From Geosiphon pyriformis uo1 (taxonomy: Eukaryota > Fungi > Glomeromycota): 64,000 nt of DNA. The position numbers and the translations under genes were made by a program. The stretch is taken from the NCBI GenBank assembly GCA_016748015.1, contig JAAOMT010000557.1:186001-250000 (forward strand). Direction: 5' to 3'. The notes under the pieces were generated by a model. That model saw nothing but the letters and a program-made list of their open reading frames with translations. It was not told the DNA's origin and did no database searches. Of the stretch, positions 38,314 to 50,022 are shown piece by piece (positions within the stretch are counted from its first letter, which is position 1; every line of letters begins with the position of its first letter).

Positions 38314-39129
38314 TGTTACTCATAGAAAGAAAACAGATATAAGGAAATAGTAGACCAATAAGCAAATAGTATGTAGCACGTGAGCACATTGCTTAACAAT
38401 GTGAAGCAATATTAGAAAACATAACACATTGCTCAGCAATGTGGAGTGATATTAAAAAATTAAAGCACATTGCTTAGCAATATGAACATTGCTTAAGAAA
38501 TCATAGCATATTGCTTGGGAATGTGAGTAATCTCATAGAACATCAATTATGTATATATAGTGATAGCATTAGAAATAGAAAGAGCAGAATTCATCAGTTC
38601 AAAACCTTCCATATCACAAATATCAATAAATAATTATTTATTATCCCAACCCACTCTCCACTATCAATACTTCATGTTGATAGTAATTAATATTTAACCA
38701 TGCTAAAACAATAGCTCTTGATCATGGCTATTGACAGGATACTAACTTGCAATTGCTTTTGTTTATGTTTTTATTTTATTTTATTTTATTTTATTACTTT
38801 TTGTTATTTCTTTGGTTTTATTAAATTGATTAAGGATTAAGTGCTAAGATATAGATGTCATAGGGACTGATAAAAGATCCGTAAAACAAGGGTTAAACAC
38901 TCATAGATTTGAGGATAGCTTACCAGGAGGATTACTGGCCACCACACTGAGAAAAAAATTTGACAGAATTGCAATTCTGGGAGACTACTGAAAACAACTA
39001 TTAAATTTTTGTCCATTATACAAAAAACTCCACAACCAAAACCTTCAGATATCAACACCTAAGTACCAACTAAGCACCAAGTTACAGATTTGTTATTTGA
39101 CTTGAGATTCCAAATAATCATCTATAATA
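38314..39129 (+). repeat. Left LTR of element C
   Basis: TGTTACTCATAG...CTATAATA; direct repeat of 44845-45660. Confidence 0.93.
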
Positions 39130-42100
39130 CCACTCAGTACCAAGTACTTATTGGCAATAACTGGCTGTCCAAAACTCATGCAACATTCGATTAAAACATC
39201 CAAGAGCTTCAGTTTAGTCAAAACAGTCAATACACATGTGTACCAGCCATGTGTGGTCACTTCAAACCCATCACCATGCCATCAGCACCACTCATTGAGT
39301 TTGAAGAAAAAAAAGAGAAACTTACTTAGGAAGCATATCAAGTCTTTTGGGCCAACAAAGACCACAACAAGTTGTCACCAATACTCTTCTGGGATGACAA
39401 CAACAAAGGAAAGCAGGAGGAAGAACTTACCTGGAATATTAACCAAGTCTGGGAAACTGATAACAACCAAAACAAATCAGCAAACTGGGAGTGGAAAAAA
39501 ATAGACAAGGGAAAGAAAAAAGAGAAGGAAAAAGAAACTATTCCCACCAACAGCACTTATAGTTCATATGCTTACACCTCATTACAACCACCCAATTATC
39601 ATTGACCAAAATTAGAATGTGTCAATTGTGGCAAAAGATTGTCATCAATGGGCACTTGCTGTGATGACGATAAGGAATATGCCATGGCCACAAAATTCTA
39701 TTGCCACCCATGTGTTATAGAATGCTTTGAATGACCAAAACGATAAAAAAAGTGGGATAATCAACTCTGTCTTATATGTGGAACTATCTTACCAGACAAA
39801 AAAATGTGAAATGACATTTCTGGGTGCAGAAGAACATGCGATGAGACATGCCAGTACATCATCTTAATAAATGACTGAGTATGCAAGGGAACACCAATTG
39901 ACAACACATGAAAAAGAGCATTACAACAATTGGAAGGATATTCTCACGACAAACATGAACTTTGAAAAATGGCGTATGTGAAAGCAGAAGGTGTGACAAC
40001 TAGCAAACTACTGGAAATTAAAAACAACTCTTTATCTTTTCCTGAACCCAAATACATCCAAACTTTCAATGTCCTTGGCAACATCGAGGACAACCCAGAG
40101 GAATTTCACAAACATTACTAGCAATTAGCACCCACTAGAGAAGAGCAAAAACAATACTTGAAAAAACTAAACACCCAATTATGTGACCACTGTTTGATCC
40201 CATGTGACTTCCAGTATTGTAATGAGTATAACTTCATTTACAATCTACCACCACATATGATCTACACAATCCCAAAAGAAGACAAACCAATAAGCAACTG
40301 TGCATCAGAATCAGTTTTCAATCCCAATTCAAACTCCAATAACGACAATGACAAAAACACTGGTTCTAGCTCTGCTCAATATGGCAACAAAAGTCTCAAC
40401 AATTCAGACTCCAATTTAAACCCAGAAATATATATTGCACTTCCTGATCTCTCTAAGGAACAGAAACTCAAATGATACAGTGATAATAATGAAGATATCA
40501 TGTCTAAACACGCACATAATACTGATGCAGAGTTTGATCTGAGATATTCAAGGAAGGATGCCATCAAATTGGAACCAAATTTGCACACATGTATTGATCT
40601 CAAAATAGCTTTGGAAATTCCGGCAACAATCATAGTTCAATTAGCATCTAAGAGTAGCCTAGTGAAAAAAGGAATCAACATCAGAGGAGGAATAATTGAT
40701 GCAGAGTATGTAAGAAATATTATTGCTATGCTACAAAATGATTTGGAAAAGATCTATACTATAGAGCCAAATGAAAAGATAGTACAGGCAATATTCTTAC
40801 CTTTAATGAAAATAGCTCAGTTAGTTTTAGTGAGAAATAAAGAAAAATTAGGGATTACTGCTAGAGAGATACAGAGATTTGAATCAACAGGTAGAATAGA
40901 TATACCAGTTAATATGGTGGAGGAAGAGATTATTAACAAAGGAGAAATTATCTCAACCCGTCAATCAATCTCCATTCCACTATATGACCAGTATATGTTA
41001 GCCATAAAAAGAAAAATAAAGGATCAAGCTCAATTGTTTAAAGCAGAAGCCACTATTTGCGAATCAGGAGAGATTGAATTCACTAATCTCTATATATCAG
41101 CCAAAAGCCCTAAAAATATCAAAATTCTCATCTACAATACAACAGGAAGTGTTATTGAAATACCAAAAAGAACCATCATTAGATATTTAACCACCAAAGT
41201 TGAGGATCAACCACCAAACCAAATTCCAGATTTTCCACAGCTTTGTGGATATGTGAACATCACATCACAAATCATTTATGGATAAAGTAAATGTTATCTG
41301 CTCCAACCAAAACAATTGGAACAGATAAACATGAGGAATCTAGACCCACTCTAACAGATGCAACTAAAAATGTTACTCAACAAATTCAATAACATCTTTA
41401 CCAGTGAAAATGAATTTGGCAGAACCAACATAATTCAGCATCAGATTAAAACTGGAGATGCAATGCCAATTAAACAAAGAGCATACAGAGTACCACCAGC
41501 TAGCCATAAGATTATTCGTCAAAAAATTAACCGAATGCTTGACAATAGACTAATTCAGCCATTAATGAGTCCATGGTTGTCACCAGTGATACTAGTCCAG
41601 AAAAAAAATGGGAAAATTTGCTTTTGTGTAGACTACTGGAAACTGAATGGAGTAATAAAGGATGATAGTTATTTAACTCCAAAGATCCAAGAACTATTTG
41701 ACACTTTTGGAGGAAATAAATGGTTCTCAACACTGGATTTAGATAGTGGTTACTAGCAAGTAGCCATGAACTCAGCTGACAAAGAGAAAACAGCATTTAC
41801 CACAAGAGAGAGAAATTTTAAGTTTGAAGTCATGCCATTCGGATTGATGAATGCTCCAGCAACATTCCAATGGCTCATGGAAATTGTCTATACTGGATTA
41901 CTATGAAAATCAGTAGTCATATACTTGGATAACACCAATGTGTTCTCAAAAACATTCGATGATCATCTGCATCATTTCCAACAAGTGTTTAAAAGATTAA
42001 GAAAAGCTAGACTAAAGCTAAATGCAACCAAATGTTTCTTTGGAAAAACTAAACTCAAGTTTTTGGGACATGTGATGAGCAAAGATAGAATCAAAACAGA

Positions 42101-42725
42101 TCCAGATAAGATTGCAATACTAAAGAACTTTCCAGTACCAGCAAATTTGTCAGAACTAAGGGCATTTTTGGGATTTGCAGGCTATTATCAATGTTTTATC
42201 AAGAACTTTTCTAAGCTAGCCCAGCCATTTTACCATCTACAAACCAAGAATATGAAGTATGAATGGACTGAAGCTCAACAAAAGGCATTCGACACACTGA
42301 GAAGAAAGCTTATTCAAGCTTTAGTATTAATATATCCAGATCACAGCAAACCATTTATTATTACTACAGATGCATTAGGTCAAGCATTGGAAGCAGTACT
42401 ATCACAGAAAGGACCAGATAGAAGAGAACATCCAGTAGCTTATGTCAGTAGAAGCTTAAGTCCAGCCAAAAAAAACTATGGAACATTAGCACTGAAACAT
42501 TTAACAATCTATTAGGCAGTCATGAAATGAAGAAAATACTTGAGCCAAAAGTTTGAAATATATACAGATCACAAGAGATTGACTTCAATCCAGAAACAAA
42601 AATTTGCAGACAACTGCCATGTCAGATGGAAAATAGAACTTTTATTATTCAATTATACAGTACATTATAAAAAAAGAAAAAACAATAGAAATGCTGATGG
42701 ATTGTCATGAATGAGACAAATCTAA
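39130..42725 (+). pseudogene. Element C polyprotein remnant: protease C-terminus, Cys-rich insert, dUTPase, RT, RNase H
   Basis: QYQVLIGNNWL, CVNCGKRLSSMG, CDHCLIPCDFQYC, DAEFDLRY..GGIIDAEY..FESTG, SPWLSPVILV..FCVDYWKLN, TLDLDSGY, ITTDA..PVAYVSRSL; stop TAA 42723-42725. Confidence 0.88.
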
Positions 42726-42757
42726 AAACATTTCAACTCAAAAATATATAACAAAAG

Positions 42758-44134
42758 ATAAACACACAAAAATACCAACAACTCCAGCATTATATAAATA
42801 CTCAATTGTTCAAGAAAAAATTATCTCAAAAAAAACAAACCAACATAAAACAGCAATTAAAATATTTCATTAATCATCAAAATATATTTTACTGAAAAAA
42901 CAGAAAAAATTCAGACCAACCAACCAGAGTAATTACAGAATTAGAAAAAGAAACAATATTGTTTAACATGTACTCAGATTAAACAACAAGACATTTTCAT
43001 AAAGAAGCAATCATAGAAAGAGCCAGAAAAAAATACTATTGGCTATCAATGTATCCAGACATTATCCAATATGTTTAAAGTTGTGATACTTGTCAAAAAA
43101 GAGATAGAACAAGACCAAGTGAACCATTAAGACCAATCAAAGTGGGACAACTATTTGATTGTATTGGAATTGACTTAGTTGGACCATTAACAATTACCAG
43201 CAGAGGCAACAGATATATTGCAGTAGCCATAGACTATCTCACTAAATGGCCAGAAGCAAAAGCCATTTAAAGAGCAGATGCAGAATCTGTTACTAAATTT
43301 GTTCATCAAGATTTGATTTGTCGACATGAATGTCCAAAAAAACTATTATCAGATCAAGAAACTCACTTTGTGAACAAAACATTAGCAGAATTAAGTCAGA
43401 GATTTGGAATCAAAAGACCATTATTATCACCATACCATCCACAAACAAATGGGTTAGTTGAGAAGTTTAACTAAACATTGTGTGAAGCAATTGTCAAGAT
43501 CAGTTAAGAAAATCAGAACAAATGAGATTTGTTCATACCATCAGTATTATTTGCTTATCAGACAATAAAGCAAAACACTACACAAGCAACACCATTTAAA
43601 TTAGTATATGGTAGAATAGCAACATTACCAGTTGAGATAGAAGTCACCACTTATCCAACAGAACCAATAACTAAAAACAATTTTCAGGAAACGTTGCTAA
43701 AAAGAACATATGACTTAATGGAAACATTAGAAAATAAACATCAAAGAGCAGCTGACAACATCCAGAAGTCACAAGAAAAACAAAAAGAAAGACATGATAA
43801 TCAACTACCAGACAAACCAGTTGAATTCAAGATTAGAAACAAAGTACTTTTACATTGTACCAAAGTGGAAAAACAATGGAGTAGAAAATTTGACCCCAAA
43901 TAAGACGGACCATTTCACATAGAAGAAATTCTTGGAAATGGAGCTTATAAATTAAGATGGGACAACAAAATTTTAACCAAAGCAGCACATGGTAATTGAC
44001 TGAAACCATATTACCAAATAGTATTATCATTCACCAATAATATTCCACAATTGGAAATACAATGAATACTAGTTCAACCAGATGAAATTCCACGAGATCT
44101 GAAACCAATCATAATCATTGGACCAAACACATAA
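42758..44134 (+). pseudogene. Element C integrase ORF
   Basis: CDTCQ, IGIDLVGPL, LSDQETHF, PQTNGLVEKFN, DGPFHI; the start codon appears decayed (ATA). Confidence 0.85.
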
Positions 44135-44194
44135 TATCAAACAAGAGAAGAATATATAAAGACACAGTATACACAACAAAGGCAACCAAGAAAA

Positions 44195-44830
44195 ATGGAA
44201 ATACCAGATCATATTCACGTTATAGCTCAACAATTGTTCTAGGTCTTAAGTGAACAACAGTTAGACATAAAAATTGTCATTAACAAACAAATAATTTGCT
44301 ATTGAAACACCCAAAGAAAGACAAAAAACACACCATATCAGTGACCACCAAAGAATGATAAAGACTGGTCAGATAATATAATAGAAAAAATAAAGAACAC
44401 TTTTGGAAAAATACCTATTATGGCACCAACAGAAGAACTTACAAAAGAGAATTAGAAGCAATGGATAGAACAACTTCCAATATTATACTGTTACTACCAG
44501 TTAAGTTGAAAGTTGAATATTTAAGAGTTGTATATTAACAAATCCAAGAGAATATTTAACCAAAACATAATACAGCAAATTGAAGAATTTATTAAGAAAA
44601 AAATGAACTCAACACTACATGTGAGAACAATTTATTGACTGCACAACATATTTTAGAACTACCCAGAAATACTGTTACACTCTGACATGGAAACCATAAT
44701 CATTAATCAATGGGGAAGAATAAACAATGTACAAGTAGAAGACATGAAAAATAAAGTCAAACAAACAATACTAGAAAAAAAAGTATTGGAGCTAATTCAA
44801 AATAAAGATTTCAATGAAGCTCAATATTAA
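44195..44830 (+). pseudogene. Element C ORF3 (unknown function, ~212 codons)
   Basis: MEIPDHIHVIAQQLF..., LYCYYQL, same position between IN and PPT as ORF3 of A and B; divergent in sequence; several stops. Confidence 0.6.
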
Positions 44831-44844
44831 AAAGGAGGAGATAA

Positions 44845-45660
44845 TGTTACTCATAGAAAAAAAACAGATATAGGGAAATAGTAGACCAATAAGCAAATAA
44901 TATGTAGTATGTGAGCATATTGCTTAGCAATATGAAACAATATCAGAAAACATGGCACATTGCTCAGCAATGTGGAGCAATATTAGAAAATTAGGGCATA
45001 TTGCTCAGCAATATGAGCATTGCTTAAGAAATCATAGCACATCACTCAGGAATATGAGCAATCTCATAGAACATCAATTATATATATATAGTGGTAGTGT
45101 TAGAAGTAGAAAGAGCAGAATCTATTAGTTCAAAACATTCTACATCACAAATATCAATAAATAATTATTCACTATCCCAATCCACTCTCCACTATCAACA
45201 CTTCATATTGATAGTAATTAATACTTAATCATGCTAGAACAATAGCTCTTGATCATGACTATTAATGGAATACTAATTTGCAATTGCTTTTGTTTATGTT
45301 TTTATTTTCTTTTATTTTCTTTTATTTTTTTTTGTTATTTCTTTGGTTTTACTAAATTGATTAAGAATTAAGCACTAAGATACAGACATCATAAAAACTG
45401 GTAAAAGATCTGTGAAACAAGGGTAAAACACTCATAGATTTGAGAATAGCTTACCAAGAAGATTACTGGCCATCACGCTGAGAAAAAAATTTGATGGAAT
45501 TGCAATTCCAGAAGGCTACTGAAAACAACTATTAAATTTTTGTCCATTATACAAAAAACTCCACAACTAAAACCTTCAGATATCAACACCCAAGTACCAA
45601 CTAAGCACCAAGTTACAGATTTGTTATTTGACTTGAGACCCCAAATAATCATCTATAACA
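44845..45660 (+). repeat. 3' LTR of element C
   Basis: Preceded by PPT AAAAAGGAGGAG; ends ATAACA. Confidence 0.94.
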
Positions 45661-45664
45661 TTAA

Positions 45665-46759
45665 CAATTGAATAGTATCACAGTTAGAAATGCCTACTCT
45701 CTTCCAAGAATTGATGACATGTTAGATGCTTTAGGAAAAGCCAAGTTTTTTTCAACTTTAGACTTGAAAAGTGAATACTGACAAGTCGAAATGGACCCAA
45801 AAGATAGACCCAAAACAGCATTCACCACCCAAGGAAGAAACTATGAGTTCAATGTTATGCCTTTTAGACTCTGCAATGCACCAGCAACATTCCAATGACT
45901 CATAGATGTTGTATATGAAAGACTCTTATGGCAATCAGTAGTTGTTTATCTTGATGACATTAATGTGTACTCACCAAGTTTTAAAGCCCATCTTATTCAT
46001 CTGTGAGAAGTTTTTCAATGATTATGGAAAGCAAGATTGAAGTTGAATATTGAAAAATGTCACTTTGGAAAAACAAGCTTAATCTTTTTTAGACACATAG
46101 TTAGCAAAGATGGAGTCAAACCAAACCCTAAAACAATTAGTGCTGTTAAAAACTTTCAAACTCCCAAAAATACCACAAAACTAAGAGAATTTGTAGGATT
46201 AGCCTCCTACTATCAGAAATTCATAAAGGGATTCTCAAAAATTGCCAAACCACTTAATTATCTTACCAACAAAAATGTGCCATACAAATGGACAGATGAA
46301 CAACAAAAAGCTTTTAAAACCCTCAAAACAAGATTGACAACAGCTCTAGTTTTTGCTTACCCAGACTTCAACAAATGGTTCCAACTAGCCACTGATGCTT
46401 CACACATAGCTTTTGGTGCTATTCTATCACAATTGGATGAAAATGGCCAGGAACAAGTCATTGCCTATGCTAGTAGAACACTTAAGCCAACAGAACTCAA
46501 ATATGGCTTAACAAAACTAGAAGCTGCTACAGTCATTTGGGCTCTTAAACACTTTCAACAATATCTGAAGAATAGAAAAGAGTTTGACATCATAACTGAC
46601 AATATTGGCCTCAAATGGCTCAATAAAAATAAAAAAAAACAAAGTGTCAAACATTCTTGATAGAATGATTTTTTAGCAGACTACAAATATATAGTACATC
46701 ACAAACCAGAAAAACTACACACCAATGTTGACAGCTTTTCAAAAATGAGACAATATTAA
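45665..46759 (+). pseudogene. Element A RT (C-terminal part) and RNase H
   Basis: YSLPRIDDMLD, LDLKS, FNVMPF, VVYLDD, LATDAS..GAILSQ..VIAYASRTL..LEAATVIWALKHF, IITDN; ends SKMRQY* at 46757-46759. Confidence 0.9.
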
Positions 46760-46826
46760 TACCAACATCAACACCAACAAAACACCAACAAATTTAACAG
46801 CAGAACAAATAACAAAATCAACAACA

Positions 46827-48212
46827 ATGGATTCAGAAAACTACAACAACATCAAAAACTATTTGGAGACTCTCACCATGCCAGAAAATTGGTCTTCAAG
46901 TGAAAAACATTGATTACAACACCAATTCAAACAATATTTTATACACCACAACAAAATCTATTACAAGAATTGTAGAAATCCAAACCAACCACTCAGATTA
47001 GTACAAGAGAATGAAAAAGAAACAATCTTATACAACATGTACACAGATTTTTCTTCAGCACACTTGGAAAAAAATAGAACAATACAAAAAACTCTTGAAC
47101 ATTACTTTTGGCCTCAAATGCAAAAAGACATTTAACAATATGTAGAATCTTGTAATAGTTGTCAAAAAAGAGGAGGAACTCATCCCACAGAACCTTTAAA
47201 TCCAATCAAATTTGGACAATCTTTTGACAGAGTTGGAATTGATTTAGTCAGACTATTACCTATTACAATTCAAGGAAATCATTATATTGCAGTTGCAGTA
47301 GATTATCTCACTAAATGGCTTGAAGCTAGAGCCATCTAAAAAGCAGATGCAAAATCAGTCGCAAATTTCATCTATGAAGACATTATTTGTAAACATGGAT
47401 GTCTAATTGAACTTTTATTTGATCAAGGAACACATTTTGTAAACAACTTGATACAAGAAATTTGTGAACAATTCAATGTTAAAAGATCTTTATCATCATC
47501 TTATTACTCTCAAACAAATAGACTTGTAGAATATTTCAACAGAACATTGTGTGAATCTCTAGCCAAAGTCTCAACAGACTTTGAGCAGGAATGGGATATC
47601 TTTATTCCATCAGTGTTACTAGCATACAGAACACTAAAACAAAATACTATAAAACACACACCATTTGATTTAACTTATGGAAGGACAGCAATATTACCAA
47701 TTAATTTCACAGTGAAAACATACTCTGTGCAACCAATTAATAAAGAGAACTTTCAAGAAACACTCCAAAGAAGGGCCTACACTCTTCTTAGTACACTGGA
47801 AGGAAAAAGAAAGACAGCAGCAACTCATATTAAACATTTTCAAGCTCAACAAAAAGAAAGACATGACAACAAACTACCACCTATAACCAACAAATTTAAA
47901 GTTGAAAATAAAGTTCTCTTATACAGAACTAAGGCTGAAAAACAATGGAGTGGAAAATTTGAAAACAAATGGGATGGACCATTTTATATTTACAAAACTC
48001 TAGACAATGAATCATACAAGTTAAGACTTGATGACAAAATACTAGCAAAAGTTGCACATGGAGATAGATTGAAACATTATCACTTCAGAAACAATCCTGA
48101 ACCATTAATTCTACAAATTGGTACACATTTTCCTTTAGTTAAACCTGAAGATATTCCCCGAAATTTAAAACCAATAATTATAATAGAACAACAGCCAAAC
48201 TTGAACACTTAA
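46827..48212 (+). pseudogene. Element A integrase ORF (no chromodomain seen)
   Basis: Own ATG (MDSENYNNIKNYL); AHLGK..CNSCQ, VGIDLV, DQGTHF, QTNRLVEYFNRTL, KWDGPFYI. Confidence 0.88.
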
Positions 48213-48366
48213 ATTCAATATAATTTTACAATAATTCTTTTAATAATACACAAAGACAAAAATAATAAATAAATTACAAAAACACACAAACCCAAAAACA
48301 AATAAAACTCCATATCCAAAAATTATTTTCTTTATTCTCTTTTTTCATTAATTAGTCAATTTTATC

Positions 48367-49074
48367 ATGATTATTCTCCGAAATATTCAACAAATATCCT
48401 AAAAATTAATGTTAGTTTTGAAAACACTTCCTGACTTATCCATAATAATTAATAGAAGTCAAATTAATTACATTCAAAAAGAAACCACAGTCCCAATAGT
48501 AAATAATTCTCAAAACTACCACCTCTATAAAAGAAAAACAAATAGTCATTCTGAAAAAAGGTTACCAGAACTTTTGAAGCAAACACTAAAAGAAAATTTT
48601 TTAATTACCCCTATTGACATTTCACCAAATGCTACAATTCAACAGAAACTTCTACTATGTCTTAATAAACAAAACAATAAACATACTCTTATATATAAAT
48701 ATTTTCATATTGGGAAAACACTTTACAAACAAAAACTGGAACTTAAAGCAACCAACATCACTCTTGAAGCTATACAAAAACAAATTTACAATGAATTTAA
48801 GACAGCAGCTGAATTAACAAACACTCACTATAAACTTAGAACAGATTTTAGACTCTATGATTTATTTACCACTTGTGAAAACGTCTTACAAAATCCAATA
48901 CTCCAACCAATGAAAATTCAATACATTGGAAAACTCACAGAACTGAAATTTCAACAATTTTCAGACCAAATCACTTCAATTATCTTGGACCACTATCTTA
49001 ACATCACAGATAATACTTGGACTTCAATGGAGCTCAGTCATAAAGAAAAGATTATGTTACCAATAGAATTTTAG
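48367..49074 (+). pseudogene. Element A ORF3 (unknown function, ~236 codons, one CAA>TAA stop near the start)
   Basis: 221-aa open stretch 48409..49074, homologous to B ORF3; runs through the PPT into the LTR. Confidence 0.78.
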
Positions 49075-50022
49075 CTATTAATTAGCATAAAATTACCCTT
49101 ATAATTCCTATTATTAATTAGCATACATTATTATTAATTTGATTATCACTTATTATTTAATCAAATTATCAAATATCATTACTCAATCAATAATCCGATT
49201 TGTACTCTAGAAATTAAAATGATCAAATTACACAATATCCTGAACCTTTTAACATAGTCAAAATTTGCCGAAATTAATGAAAATTTGCCGAAATAATCAA
49301 TAGTTCAGTAAAATAATTTGTAGTTTGCTGAAATGTATTTTTAGTTTACCCAAATTGTAGCAAAAAGAAAAGTGCAAGTTTAAAGACTAGTACTACAACA
49401 AGTTGTATAAAAAAAGAGCTTCTTTCTTCAAGGAAATGTATCTTTTCATAATATCTTACCATAGTATTTTATTTTAGATATCTTAATTAAAACAAATCAC
49501 TTTTTACAAAATCAAATAAAAATTAAATATTCAAAAACCAAATCCTCAAAATTATTACACTTGAAATTCCCTCAAACACAACTAACATTTTTGAAATTGA
49601 TTAGCTACCAATTTCAATAAGCTGTTAGTGACTTCAGGCCTGGATAGAAAACATTTTACTTGATAAAATTCTATTTCTTTTACATTTCTTTTATTTTTCT
49701 TTTCTTATTACAATCATTAGGGTAGTCTACAGATGAGATTCCTGTAGAAGAGTTGACTTTTATAGCAAAGTAACTACATATTTTTAGTGAGCTTCCAGAT
49801 GAGCAATTTCTGAGAAAGAGTTGATGTTTACTACAACATAACTACATAAAGTAACTGGCAAGAAATTGGCATTCCACTTATAAGCCCAGCAGTTCAAATT
49901 ATAGGAGATAATTTGAAGATAAATTCAGTTACTGGAGGTTCAACTACTTCTAGAAAACGTGAATTTGCAACCAACAGACATTTACAACATTCAAAAAAAA
50001 AAACCAAAAACCTCTAGTAACA
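49055..50022 (+). repeat. 3' LTR of element A
   Basis: Direct repeat of 22857-23830. Confidence 0.95.

Larger units (their letters stand above)
38314..45660 (+). mobile_element. Ty3/gypsy-type LTR retrotransposon C (distinct LTR family), lacking PBS and gag, inserted into A RT
   Basis: 816-bp LTRs 38314-39129 and 44845-45660; TSD TCGA/TTAA; A RT reads DYR|QLNS across the insertion. Confidence 0.93.
22857..50022 (+). mobile_element. Ty3/gypsy-type LTR retrotransposon A (dUTPase-bearing), hosting nested elements B and C
   Basis: Paired LTRs TGTTAC...GTAACA, degenerate PBS, PPT, domain order gag-PR-RT-RH-IN, 4-bp TSD ATCT/ATGT (one mismatch) in the LINE. Confidence 0.93.

Noticed and set aside
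38385-38525. CRISPR-like array (palindromic repeats with spacers)
   Set aside because: It lies inside an LTR and is duplicated in the partner LTR, the spacers resemble each other, the context is eukaryotic and there are no cas genes
48367-49074. env gene or chromodomain
   Set aside because: No signal peptide, transmembrane segment or chromodomain aromatic-cage pattern is visible
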